Source: Octopus sinensis
Lineage: Eukaryota
Reading direction: 5' to 3'
DNA: 64,000 nt
Assembly: GCF_006345805.1 (NCBI RefSeq)
Contig: NC_043004.1
Span: 40,176,001 to 40,240,000 of the forward strand
The notes below the pieces were generated by a model, which searched no databases, was not told the DNA's origin, and saw only the letters and a list, made by a program, of their open reading frames with translations. Position 1 is the stretch's first letter, and every line of letters starts with the position of its first letter. Shown piece by piece: positions 40,056 through 53,384 of the stretch. A program made the translations under genes and the position numbers.

Positions 40056-40250
40056 CAGCCGAGTTATTGTCCAATCAGAAGCCAGACTTCACACGGATGG
40101 GAGAATGAGTGAAAGAGTGTGTAGCAGGATGCGAACTCACGTTGCTACATTACGAATTACAGCCGAGTTATTGTCCAATCAGAAACTAGACTTCACAAGA
40201 AAGTTGTTTCTGGAAGGGCTTAGATCACCTCCCTACAAAGCCTATAAATA
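40056..40250 (+). promoter_or_regulatory. Element-borne promoter-like module: duplicated CCAAT unit (103-bp period) plus TATA
   Basis: acagccgagttattgtccaatcagaa at 40056 and 40159; cctataaata at 40241. Confidence 0.45.
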
Positions 40251-40369
40251 AAGTCCTTTTCGACGTCAGTGTGTCGTTTGTCGTGGTACAAAATACACTA
40301 TCTTAACCATTCTAACGACTGCATGCTTAACCGATATGCAATTGCAATGGAAGACAATGCATCGGTGCA

Positions 40370-40455
<86 letters not shown>

Positions 40456-40496
40456 TAATATATATATATAATATACATACATATATATTATATATA

Positions 40497-40531
<35 letters not shown>

Positions 40532-40587
40532 GCGTCTTATATCTATTTGCAAAGGAGCCTTCTCTTTCATCGCTACCTGGTGGTTAC

Positions 40588-40630
40588 CGCCCGTTGACGA
40601 GGGACAACAATCCCGAAACTAGTTCGAGCG
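40588..40630 (+). ncRNA. Minimal type I hammerhead ribozyme motif (U3 variant)
   Basis: Stem I CGCCCG/CGAGCG (5 of 6); TTGACGA; stem II GGGA/TCCC; GAAA; palindromic ACTAGT; GUU site. Confidence 0.65.
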
Positions 40631-41016
40631 TATCACTCAGGCTTGCGAGGAAGGGATGGCCTCCCTTTGCAAATACTCCAAGGACACAGATATTGTGTCT
40701 AAAGCCAGCTAGAGACGAAGATCTCTTGGGGCTATAAAGCTACAGTAACACCCCCTCCCCAATGTGGTTAGCCATGATAAGATGGCTTCTATACTTTATA
40801 TATATATATATATATATATTCCTTGCGTTTACTCCAGTCCCAATGGTGAATTCTGATATCCAGCTATTTTGCATGTTATATTATATTTCGTTCATCTTGC
40901 CGAATTCTATGTGTATATTTGCAATGCACGACCAACTTCATATGTCTTGGCAACGATGATAAATCTTGTTAAAATGTTTGCTGAGTGTTATTAAATTATT
41001 ATTATTATTATTATTA

Positions 41017-41075
<59 letters not shown>

Positions 41076-41241
41076 CACTGCCTTCAGTAAACTAACCAAT
41101 TACTTGTTCCGGCAATATTGGTGCAACACACACACGCACACACACACACACAAATACATTCAAGCAACAGAAGTTTTCATTCAGAAGCGGATGGCTATCA
41201 AAAAAACAGCTCATTAGCTTAATTCTCTGAATAAGGTAATA

Positions 41242-41592
41242 GGCGCAGGAGTGGCTGTGTGGTAAGTAGCTTGTTTACCAATCACATGGTTCCGGGTTCA
41301 GTACCACTGCGTGGCACCTCGGGCCGACCAAAGCCTTGTGAGTGGATTTGGTTGACGGAAACTGAAAGAAGCGTGTGTGTGTTTGTGTGTCTGTGTTTGT
41401 CCCCCTAGCATTGCTTGACAACCGATGCTGGTATGTCTATGTCCCTGTTACTTAGCGGTTCGGCAAAAGAGACCGATAGAATAAGTACTGGGCTTACAAA
41501 AGAATAAGTCCCGGGGTCGAGTTGCTCGATTAAAGGCGGTGCTCCAGCATGGCCGCAGTCAAATGACTGAAACAAGTAAAAGAGTAAAGAGA
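41242..41592 (+). mobile_element. Full-length SINE family A
   Basis: Intact head ggcgcaggagtggctgtgtggtaag and tail aaacaagtaaaagagtaaagag. Confidence 0.92.
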
Positions 41593-41817
41593 GAGTATCG
41601 CGCTTCTATAGAAATCCGGGAATACTGTACCGTTTCATGCAATATATTATACCCTGTATTGAAGCACTGTTTTTGAATTTTGGTTAATTTGCATATAGTG
41701 TCTTTTGTCTGTTGCTCTTTTACTTGTTTCAGCCATTTAAATGGCCATGCTGGGGCACCACCTTTACGAGTTTTTAGTCGAACAAATCGACCCCAGGGCT
41801 TTTTAAAAAAAGGTTTG

Positions 41818-42241
41818 GGATCTTTTCGGTTTGAACAGCAGTTTTTTCTTGCGGTGTCATATGAAAATGTCACCCATAATTATGACCCTAGTATCGATCT
41901 ATTGCATTTCAATCTGTTTTAGGGTTAGGGTTAGTTAGGGTTAGGGGTCGGGGAAGGGTATCTTTTTTTCTTCACAAATGTAAATAAACCCAATCTGTTT
42001 CTTAAACGAGGGACATATTCATACCGCACAAAATGCTTTTTAACTCAATAGACGTCACTGATTGGTTGAAATTTCAGAAATTGAAGAAAAAAACAACAAA
42101 TATCTTACAAACTATAGAATTTTCTCAATTAAGCCAAGAGGAAAAGATGTTTTATAAACACATTCTACCAGTATACGAAGTTTAAAATTTTTAGTTAACT
42201 AGAAATTATGTTAAAAACTGCCGTTCCAACCGAAAAGATCC
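41818..42241 (-). mobile_element. MITE, GGATCTTTT-TIR family; flanks do not form a TSD
   Basis: Both TIRs present; flanks aaggtttg vs ctattacc. Confidence 0.92.
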
Positions 42242-42249
42242 CTATTACC

Positions 42250-44407
42250 CACGACCAACCGACAAACCAGCTAACAAGGAGACCCACCGACCAACCAGCC
42301 AACTAGCAACCAACTGACATACCAGCCAACAAACCGATCAACGCCCACCGAAAAAAACCACCCAACCAGTAGAACCACGACCAACCGACAAACCAGCCAA
42401 GAAAGCGACATCCCGACCAACCAACCAACCAACTAGTAACCAACCGACAAACCAGCCGACCAGCCGACACACGACCAACCGACAAACCAGCCAACCAGTT
42501 GACCCACCGACCAACCAGCCAACAAGCAACCACCCAACACACCAGCCAACCAGCTGATCAACGACCAACTTAACAAACCAGCCAACCAGGCGAACCACGA
42601 CCAACCGACAAGCCAGCCAACAAGGCGACCCACCGACTAACCAGCCAACCAGCAACCAACCGACAAACCAGCCAACAAGCCGAACCACGACCAACCGACA
42701 AACCAGCCAACAAGGCGACCCACCGACTAACCAGCCAACCAGCAACCAACCGACAAACCAGCCAACAAGCCGAACCACGACCAACCGACAAACCAGCCAA
42801 CAAGGCGACCCACCGACCAACCAGTCAACTAGCAACCAACCGACATACAAGCCAACCAGCCGATCAACGACCAACCGACAAACCAGCCAACCAGGCGACC
42901 CACGACCAACTGACATACCAGCCAACCAGCTGATCAACGACCGACCGACAAACCAGCCAACCAGCCGACCCACGACCAACCGACAAACCAGCCAACAAGG
43001 CGACCCACCGACCAACCAGTCAACTAGCAACCAACCAACATACAAGCCAACCAGCCGATCAACGACACAACCGACAAACCAGCCAACAAGCCGAACCGAC
43101 ATACCAGCCAACCAGCTGATCAACGACCGACCAACAAACCAGCCAACCAGCCGACCCACGACCAACCGACAAACCAGCCAACAAGGCGACCCACCGACCA
43201 ACCAGTCAACTAGCAACCAACCGACATACAAGCCAATCAGTAACCAGCCGACAAACCAGCAAACCAGCCAACCCACGACCAACCGACAACCAGCCAACAA
43301 GGCGATCCACCGACCAACCAGCCAACCAGTAATCAACCGACATACAAGCTAACCAGCCGATCATCGACCAACCGACAAACCAGCCAACAAGCCGACCCAC
43401 AACCAACCAACAAACCAGCGAACAAGGCGACCCACCGACCAACCAGCCAACTAACAACCAACCGACATACCAGCCAACCAGCTGATCAACGACCAACCGA
43501 CAAACCAGCCAACCAGCCGACCCACGACCAACCGACAAACCAGCCAACAAGGCGACCCACCGACCAACCAGTCAACTAGCAACCAACCGACATACAAGCC
43601 AACCAGCCGACCCACGACCAACCGACAAACCAGCCAACCAGGCGACCCACCGAGCAACCTGCCAACCAGCAACCAGCCGACAAACCAGCCAACAAGGTGA
43701 CCCACAACCAACCAACAAACCAGCCAACAAGGCGACCCACCGACCAACCAGCCAACTAACAACCAACCGACATACCAGCCAACCAGCTGATCAACGACCA
43801 ACCGACAAACCAGCCAACAAGGTGACCCACAACCAACCAACAAACCAGCCAAGGCGACCCACCGACCAACCAGCCAACTAACAACCAACCGACATACCAG
43901 CCAACCAGCTGATCAACGACCAACCGACAAACCAGCCAACAAGGTGACCCACAACCAACCAACAAACCAGCCAACAAGGCGACCCACCGACCAACCAGCC
44001 AACTAACAACCAACCGACATACCAGCCAACCAGCTGATCAACGACCAACCGACAAACCAGCCAACCAGCCGACCCACGACCAACCGACAAACCAGCCAAC
44101 AAGGTGACCCACCGACCAACCAGTCAACTAGCAACCAACCGACATACAAGCCAACCAGCCGACCCACGACCAACCGACAAACCAGCCAACCAGCCGACCC
44201 ACCGAGCAACCTGCCAACCAGCAACCAGCCAACAAGGTGACCCACAACCAACCAACAAACCAGCCAACAAGGCGACCCACCGACCAACCAGCCAACTAAC
44301 AACCAACCGACATACCAGCCAACCAGCTGATCAACGACCGACCGACAAACCAGCCAACCAGCCGACCCACGACTAACCGACAAACCAGCCAACCAGTTGA
44401 CCCACCG
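42250..44407. repeat. CCAA-derived minisatellite with 35- and 55-bp monomers arranged in 90- and 125-bp higher-order units
   Basis: Monomers start ccaaccgacaaaccagccaa; 90-bp period at 42601/42691/42781; T-poor plus strand. Confidence 0.95.
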
Positions 44408-44619
44408 TATGTATGCACACATACACATACATATATGCATGCACACATACGCATATATATATATATATATATATACATATACACATATATAATATATTAT
44501 ATACACATATATATATACGTATACATATATATACACATATGCATACATATATATATACATAAATATACATACATATATATACACATATATAATTATGCAC
44601 ATAAATATATATGTATTCA

Positions 44620-44654
<35 letters not shown>

Positions 44655-45045
44655 GAATACATATATATTTATGTGCATAATATATATATGTGTATATATA
44701 TGTATGTATATTTATGTATATAAATATATACATAAATATATATTTATATATAAGTTATATATATATGTATGTATATGTATATATATATATGTATACGTAT
44801 GTATATATGTGTATATATATATATATGCGTATGTGTGCATGCATATATGTATATATATGTATGTATATATGTGTATGTGTGCATACATATATGTATATAT
44901 ATATGCGTATGTATATATAGATGCATATGTATATATAAATATGTGTGTGTGTATACATACATATACATGCATACATACATAAATATATATATACATTCAG
45001 ATACACATATATGTACATGTATATATATATGTATATATACACACA
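44408..45045. repeat. Degenerate TA/TATG/CATA microsatellite
   Basis: Directly visible. Confidence 0.95.
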
Positions 45046-45160
45046 CCCACTGACAAAAATTTGGTTGGCCCGAGGCCATTGTAGAAAGCACCCAAGGTGC
45101 CACGCAGTGGTACTGAACTCAGGACCATGTGGTTGGAAAGCAAGCTTCTTACCACACAGC
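45046..45160 (-). mobile_element. SINE family A head
   Basis: cccaaggtgccacgcagtggtactgaactcaggaccatgtggttgg. Confidence 0.8.
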
Positions 45161-45944
45161 TACAGTTTTGTTCCTTGCATTTTAAAATAGATTGATAAAG
45201 ATTAAACATAATCAACTTTAGAAGTGTATTAATCTGTAACTATCTGTTAAACAAAATTCTGTTCTCGATTTTTCTTCGTTTGATATTACGTAATCCTATA
45301 AATACCACACCGCATACATGGTAGAATATGACATATTTTTTAAGGAATTAAATGGATTAATAAATATCAAACAAACCCTCCCTTAGGAATGTATTAATTT
45401 GAATCTGTTTTAAATACAATTAAGCTCTATCTTTTTCATAATTTATTTGATATATCAAGTACATATTTAGACTGTCTCCACAAAACCGGGAATATCCAGA
45501 AATCCAGAACACTTCTGGTTCCAAGCTTGCTGGATAGTTGGTCCGGTATTGTATACGAGAGCGCATGTATGCATTTATGAATGTATATTTCTGTATTGCC
45601 CTGTGTATATGAATCGTTTCCATTTCTATCTATGATTATCTTTATGTGTATGCGAATGCGCTTGTAAATAAATTGCTTGCGTGCACATGTCTATGTAAAC
45701 CTTTATGTGTGTATACGCGTAGGCTTGTATACCCACTTGTGTGTTTCGTTCTTTCCAATCATTGTACGTTTTGGCCATGTTGGATGCAATAAAGTCTTAT
45801 ACGATTGCTCTATCGCATGTGTGGAGCTTATTCCTTCTGATTTTAACAATGCTTGTGTTTGAGTGTGGTGTGTGTGTGTGTGTGGCTTGCGAAACAGCTG
45901 AGTTGCTGGAAGCTGTTCTCCGTAGATTACAAACCTGTTAAAAG

Positions 45945-46195
45945 TAGTCGGTTTGAAACGTTGGAGAAAATCATTTTTAGGTGATGTTTGAAATCTTCAA
46001 CTGAAGCCATCGTCACGTTCTTGATTTCCTTGGGTAAAGAATGGAATAAATGGAGTCCGTCTCAAGGCAAGGCTGTTGTAATACACTGTTTTTATTTCAT
46101 TATCAACTGATGAGATCTTTGGCAGTTGAAAATATCTTCCTGTTCTTTTATCTATTCGATGTTTGTAAAGTAACCAAGATTCTTCACCATGTAGA
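45945..46195 (-). mobile_element. CR1/L2-like LINE ORF2 C-terminal fragment
   Basis: Frameshifted translation ...YYNSLA.. / LFHSLPKEIKNVTMASVEDFKHHL resembles the LFNSLP..IRN..S...FK tail of CR1-group RTs. Confidence 0.6.
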
Positions 46196-46698
46196 ATAAT
46201 ATATATATACATACATAAGGAATCTCACCTTCTCCCACACACACACACACTCTCTCTCTCTCTCTTTCCTCTTTTCTGTGCTCTGAAGAGAAAATCTGAT
46301 TAGCCACAAGAAGCTATCATCGACCACTATATAATATACATATGATATGAAGCTGTTTTCGACATCAAAGATAATAATATGTAGGGAAGATGAATGTTTC
46401 AGATAAATACAAAGAGTAAATGTTACCAGATACAGAGGCAAAAACAGTAGTGTTCTACACGAATGTAGCTGTTGATGATAAACGTGATGATGATAATGAT
46501 GACGACGATGATAAATACATATACACAGACACACCCACACACACAGACACATACAATCACTCACATGCATGCACACACACTCGTACACATATAGAACGGA
46601 TAAGAGAAGCGAGGTGAAAGAATACAAGTTTATTCCATTCATTTACAATGTTTTATAATCTTGTAAGGTATTAATAGATATTACATTAGCATTTGTGC

Positions 46699-46730
<32 letters not shown>

Positions 46731-46822
46731 TATATATATATTATATATAATATAATGTACATATATATGTACACCCATATATACGCGTGTGTCCTATGTG
46801 TGAGTGTGTGTATATATTCCTT

Positions 46823-47035
46823 TCTTTTACTCTTTTACTTGTTTCAGTCATTTGACTGCGGCCATGCTGGAGCACCACCTGTAGCCGAACAAATCGACCT
46901 TAGGACTTATTCCTTGTAAGCCTAGTACTTATTCTATCGGATCCTTTTGCCGAACCGCTAAGTGACGAGGACGTAAACACACCAGCATCGGTTGTCAAGC
47001 GATGGTGGGCGGACAAACACAGACACACACATATA
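46823..47035 (-). mobile_element. SINE family A 3' half
   Basis: ctcttttacttgtttcagtcatttgactgcggccatgctggagcacc. Confidence 0.88.
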
Positions 47036-49745
47036 AACACATATATTTTTGTATCGGTTGAAATTTAATTGTAACGGCATGTTGTAGGATGTGAAAGATG
47101 AACAATGCATGAAGTTTTCAGAAAGTATTTATTTACCGTTACGTTACAACACCTTGCCTCGACGGGCAGGTGATGATATCATAAAGTATACGAAGTAAAG
47201 ATAGATATGTAGTTTGTGTTTGTGTTCTCTTCATTGTTTAGTAGTAATTACAGAGAGAGATAGAATGATGTTGTAAGAGAACAGAATTAGAGCTAGTGAG
47301 AGTGTGTGACGAAGGCTCGCATAGTCGCTGATAGTAAACTTCATTTCTCCCTCTGACCAAGGTTCTAATGGTCCGTTCTCTAACTGATGTTAGCTCTCTC
47401 TGTCTTTTTCTCTGTCTCTCTCTCTCTCTCTCTCTCAACTCACGAGTCGTCACCAAGTGACTGACTATCTTTTGCTTGGGGTTCATACTTTTATAACTAT
47501 CCAGAAAGATAGACATATCGTTGAGAACAATAGGCTTTTGGTGAAGTAGAAGAGGTTATAAGGGTCAAGTGGTGAAGACATTGTTTCGGCCTAGCTAAAG
47601 GCAATCTGGCAAATGTAAAACTGCTGTCAGAGAAAAACCATTGTTCTGCCGTGGAAAATGTTCTGTTGAAGTGTTAATTTAAATTTGACTATGGTAGATC
47701 GAATCCACTTCATGCTTGCAAGATTCACTACAGATATATAATACTATACACTTCGATTAATATATCTGTGTGTGCTTGTGTGTGTAGATGGTGATGGAAT
47801 ATATATAGTGTGTATGTCATACATAATCCTTTGTGTATGAGTAGATATACATGAGCATATAGAAAAATTCTAGAACTCTTGCATATATTCATCTAGACTT
47901 TTAAGTACTTACCTTACTCATACACAGACACACACAGACACACACACACACACACACACACACAAGATTACACTTGTATATAAAAATACAGACAATTGTA
48001 AACCAGAATCTTATGATTTATCTATATGCTTGTGTGTTTTGACACTCGCATTGAGATTATATATAGCAAGCACATTACTAGACACACTCCATCACCGTTT
48101 AAGCTTTATCTATATACATAGGCCAAACATAAACTCATTGTATATAAATTACTTCATTATTTACTTTGTATATATACACCCTTAGTTTAATTGGCAATGA
48201 CCTGTAAGTCCGTGACTTCATCACTCTGTTATATAATATGTTGAAAATTTATACTTTCATATCACTCAGTTCATATTGGCGATAATCTTCAACGTCTGCG
48301 GATTACTAACATCAACGCCACTACAGCATTCTGCGATCAATATTACCGCCATACTCAGAATCGTTCTCATCATTATTGTCGTCATCGTCGTGTTCGTCAC
48401 ATCGTCAGCTTTGTCGCCGTCACCGTCATCGTCATCTGCAGCAGTAACAGTAATGTTCTCGTCATCATCGTGATCATCATTGTCAACTACATCGTCGTCG
48501 TCGTTGTCATCATCATCATCATCATCATCATCATCAGTAGCATTTGCATTATTATCGTCTGCATCATCATCAACTTCATAAACGTCATCATCTTCATCAT
48601 CATCATCAGTAGCGTTTGCATTATTATCGTCTGCATCATCACGAGTAACATTAGCATTATTATCGTCTGCACCGTCATCAACTTCATGACCGTCATTATC
48701 TTCATTATCATTCCGTTAGCATCATCATCGTTATCGACAGCGGCATCGTCAGCATCAGTACTGCCATCATTATCATCACCACTTTTGTAACCTGTAGGTA
48801 TGTATCACATCTCAGAGACAGCTAGCTGTTATGCATGGTAGACTGGAATCGTATCCATTAGAGTAGATACAATAATTTTCATCCATTCTCAGGCTAAAAT
48901 CTACAGAAAATAACTCACTGAAAAAGCCAAAGCATAACTGTTTAACCTGCTACGAAACAGTAGCTAAATCTCCCTTCAACTCATACCCAATTGCCTTAAA
49001 ATGGAAACATGCATTGTGTCTGAAAAGCAAGGCTTGAATGTCTTTGATTATTGCGGCATACTGCATCAAAGTTGACCTAGGGTAAACAGCAATAGCAAGA
49101 ACAGCAACAGGAAGAAATCTACTGAAATAAAGTGAAATAGCAGCCAATAGAGAACGTTAGTGAGGTTTCTTGACAGCTTCAACTTCATATACAAATATCA
49201 GTGACATAACGTTCAAGTACCAGAATCTTTGTGGGGAAAGCTCTCGTTGATAGATTAGCATTCTAACGAGGGGTATCAACAGAAAGTAAGATTTGTATTT
49301 TATCTAACTCTAATTTGATCTCACCCAGTGAGGACAGAAGCTCAAGTTAAACACCAGCTCAATGACGAGAGAGACTCAGAGTGACTCTGTCATTTCATGA
49401 AAGAATCAATCTCATAAAGAGATGCCGAATACATGTACTTGCTCATATGAAATTACATGCTTATCGGAACGTAGTTTTGGTACATAGTCGCGGGTTCATA
49501 AAGAAATAATTGATTTCTTTTGAACTTTGCCTACCTTGAAGTCTCTACTTATAGCTTCTACTATGATGACTATGTGCTGCGATTCTCAATAACACAGAGG
49601 AAATTATAAATGCCCGGAAATTATATCTACGCTCACCACTTTCTTTCGTAGATTTCGATGTTTCGAAGCTTCAAATTACCTTTTTATCTTGCAGTCGAAA
49701 GGACAAAGCGTGCATGCGTGTGCGTATATGTATGTTGCGTGTGCG

Positions 49746-49749
<4 letters not shown>

Positions 49750-49779
<30 letters not shown>

Positions 49780-50110
49780 TGTATGTATGTATGTATGTAT
49801 GTATGTATGTATGTATGTATGTATGTATGTATGCATGCATGCATGCATCTATGTATGTATATATATATATGTGTGTGTGTGTGTATGTGTGTATTATGTA
49901 TGTATGTATTATGTATGTATGTATGCATGCATGTATGTATGTATATATATGTGTGTGTGTGTATGTGTGTATTATGTATGTAAGTATGTAGGTATATATG
50001 CATGCATGCATGTATGTATGTATATATATATATATATATATATATGGGTGTGTGTGTATTATGTATGTATGTATGTGTGTATTATGTATGTATGTATGCA
50101 TGTATATGAG
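49750..50110. repeat. (TATG)n/(TG)n microsatellite
   Basis: Directly visible. Confidence 0.95.
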
Positions 50111-50274
50111 TTGTGTATAAATAAGTTTGAGCATTTATGAATAAATGCATACATGTATATGTATTTATATGTGTGTATATGTGTAGGTATAGATTTTTGT
50201 ACATGGGTATATGTATGCATATGCCTAAGCATATTCATATAATATTTATATATGCGTATGTTTATACATATATA

Positions 50275-51103
50275 CAGGGTGCGGTGAATATATCGTTGTC
50301 GAAATTACGCAAAAATAAAAATAACACTGACATCTCATTTTAACCCATATATTTACCGAAATTACATAGAATATCTTCAAGTACTAAAGAGTAAATTTAT
50401 TCAATAAAATTGCCATTGGCTTCAACCACGGCCTCCAGACGACTTTGGAATTTCCTACAATGCTTCTGGGCGGTCTCCTTGTTTACGTTGGTGAATGCTG
50501 CCATAATCCTTGCCTCCAGTTCATCTTTGGTGTTACAAAGAGTTTTGTTGGTCTCTCGTTCAACTGCACCCCACACATAATAATCAAGAGGGTTGCAGTC
50601 TGGGGAGTTAGGTGGCTAGATGTTAGGGGTGACATGTGCAGTGTCCTGTTGTCAGGCATAGGGTCTTCTAGCAGCCACCCTTTTGACCCAGGGCAGTACT
50701 ATCTCCTCCAGGCACTTGATGTAGGTCTCCGTGTTGAGTGTGAGGCCATGTGGCAAGATAAATGGAAGGATAACGTTGCCATCACTAGTGATCACTCCAA
50801 ACACCATGATGTTGAGTGGATGTTTGTTATTTATCACTCTCGGGACATGTTTTGGAGACAAGGCAAGCCAAAGATTGTTCGGTGTGTTCACCATCTGTTC
50901 GTATTAGATCTTCTGGCACGAATGCCAAGTAGTACAGCATGCCGTTTCCAAATTTCTGGCAGAGTAAATTGCGTCATGGTGCTGTTTTTCTCATAGATGG
51001 TGCCCAACTGACCCTACGATACTGTGTAATCGACAAACTCAAAAACTGCACATGCACGAAATTAAAAAATATAAAGTGGCGAAAATTTATCCATCGCAAC
51101 CTG
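50275..51103 (-). mobile_element. Internally deleted Tc1/mariner-superfamily fossil, maT/DD37D-like
   Basis: TA TSDs; degenerate TIRs CAGGGTGCGGTG / CATCGCAACCTG; KHPLNIMVFGVITSDG..LNTETY..L...VLPW...RPYA*QQD..*PPNSPDCNPLDYYVWG; stop at 50397. Confidence 0.82.
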
Positions 51104-51177
51104 TATACATTCATGCGTGCGTATGTGTGTGAATTACATAAATGTATCTATATTGTTACATATATGCATATGTGTGT

Positions 51178-51568
51178 GCTTACCAACCACATGGTTCCGG
51201 GTTCAACCTACTGCGTGGAACCTTGGGCAAGTGTCTTCTATTATAGCCTCAGGCCAACCAAAGCCTTGTGAGTGGATTTGGTAGACGGAAACTGGAAGAA
51301 GCCCATCGCATATATGTATATATATATGTATGTGTGTATATGTTTATGTGTCTGTGTTTGTCCCCCCCCCCACCATTGCTTGACAACCGACGGTGGTGTG
51401 TTTACGTCCCTGTAACTTAGCGGTTCAGCAAAAGAAACTGATAGAATAAGTACTAGGCTTATAAAGAATATGTCCTGGGGTCGATTTACTCGACTAAAAA
51501 CGGCGGTGCTCCAGCATGGCTGCAGTCAAATGACTGAAACAAGTAAAAGAGTAAAAGAGTAAAGAGTA
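51178..51568 (+). mobile_element. SINE family A
   Basis: Colinear with other copies. Confidence 0.88.
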
Positions 51569-51581
51569 TATATATATATAT

Positions 51582-52507
51582 ATAACCGGCAACAAAATAG
51601 AGACAGATATCTACTATAAACCGACAGACTCTAAACAGTACCTACCCTTTGATTCATGCCACCCACGACACACTAGAATGAATGTCCCTTTTTGTTTAGC
51701 TAGAAGGATTTGCACCATAATATCAGACACAAACACCCGACACACACGTCTCCAGGAACTTAGAACCACACTCACAAATAGAAACTATCCACAGCCCCTA
51801 ATAGACAGTGCAATCCAACGAGTACTTAAATTAAGTATAGAAGACCTGAGACAAACAAAACCAAAAAAGAAAGAACAATTAAAAACCCTTCCCTACATCT
51901 CTACACACAACCCACTCAACAATGAGGCCTTCAACACCATACTACAAAGCACAGCCCTACTAAAGGGAGACCAAAGATGAACCGGATCCTCGAAACACAC
52001 TCCATCATTAAAAGTAAACGGCAACCAAAATCCTTGAAAAGGATTTTAACCCAAGCTACACTGCACTCAACATCAACCACAAAACCAGCAGTTAGAAAAT
52101 GTGGAAGGCCCAACTGCGGAATCTGTGTCATCTTGAAAGAAGGATCAGAATTTATACTGGAACAAGGCCACCAGTTCACCATTAGAACAAACTTCACCTG
52201 CGCATCAGAAAACTTAATTTACGTCATAACATGCACAGGCTGCAATAGGCAGTATATAGGCCATACAAAAAATAGCTTACGTAACAGGATGGCGGTGCAT
52301 AAATCACAAATTAGAAACCCTGATTACCGCAAAATACCGGTCAGCGGACACATAGATAGATGTGCTGGAAATGTAAATCCGAAATTTACAACTAACCCGC
52401 TCTATAAATTCAGTGACAACGCAACCTTCACACAACGCCAAAATAAAGAACTATATTTCATAAAAAAATTTAGACCAAGTTTAAACACCCTGGGCCAGGA
52501 ATACTAA
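51582..52507 (+). pseudogene. PLE ORF remnant (track ORFs 51678-51980 and 51977-52507)
   Basis: In-frame from 51582; single frameshift; GIY-YIG motif intact. Confidence 0.88.
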
Positions 52508-52676
52508 AACAAAAGATAAGTCCTCCGAAAAGGAGAACCAAATTTCACCACGGCCGCTACTTCAAACAGACACTCACTCTGACGGAAATATGCCTTATTA
52601 AAAAAGGGAAAACAATTCTTTCGTGCAAATCTGACCCTGATACATACGATACAGCTAAGGGTCAGACCCGATTCTG

Positions 52677-53047
52677 ATTGGTCAACAAGTTGATGACGTC
52701 TAGCTCTGCTAGAATGGACAGGATACAAACAGGGGACAGTCATTAGTCAGAATATTGATGACGTCCTTTTCTGCTTGAATAGTCACCTAACAAGTACAGA
52801 CAGGGGGCAGATCTAATGTAGCTATAAGTCGTGATTGGGCAGAATCTGGATGACGTCCCGCTATGCTTGACTAACGAAGCGACTGGTCAAGACAGGAAAC
52901 AAACAAGAGGGAGTTATAATGCAGCGATTGGTCAAAATAATGATGACGTCCCGTTCCACTTGATTAAAGCCACCTAACGAAACGATTGGTCAAAACATTG
53001 ATGACGTCACGCTACGCTAGATTGACCACCTAACAGGCATTATAAAA
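52677..53047 (+). promoter_or_regulatory. Five ATTGG-N12-TGACGTC (inverted CCAAT plus CRE/ATF-like) modules followed by TATAAAA
   Basis: ATTGG (ATTAG in unit 2) at 52677, 52742, 52834, 52927 and 52985, each exactly 12 nt before TGACGTC; TATA at 53041. Confidence 0.7.
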
Positions 53048-53384
53048 CCGAGCATTTCACAAAAAATCACTAGAACCACCCAGCGAACTTCCACCATGGG
53101 TCATCACAATTGCTTAAGGTAAAAATGAATTCCTCGCTCTTTCGGAAACATCAATCTTCTGTATTGACTGCTTTCCACCACTTTGATCTGTTTTTTGTAT
53201 TGAATACGTATCGCCACCATGGGCCACTGCATCGAACACTTTGAACATATACTTCAAACTATATATCAACTATACATGAACTATATATCAACTATACATG
53301 AACTCTAAGATGTCTGACTCCGTTGTGTATTATAAATGAATTTCTTGTGTTTGACGGCATGAGCTGTCTCTTTTTATATATAAC

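Noticed and set aside
42250-44407. Array as a CRISPR locus or as LVGW-repeat protein genes
   Set aside because: No unique spacers, no cas genes, eukaryotic context; the ORFs are open only because the plus strand is T-poor.
46107-46135. CTGATGA...GAAA as a hammerhead
   Set aside because: The intervening sequence cannot form stem II, and it lies antisense within a LINE ORF relic.
49534-49580. Possible 42-nt minus-strand micro-exon (cag|HIVIIVEAISRDFK|gtaggc)
   Set aside because: Splice-like dinucleotides alone are insufficient; no recognisable protein or neighbouring exons.
50445-50996. 183-aa plus-strand ORF
   Set aside because: Antisense shadow of the maT-like transposase relic.
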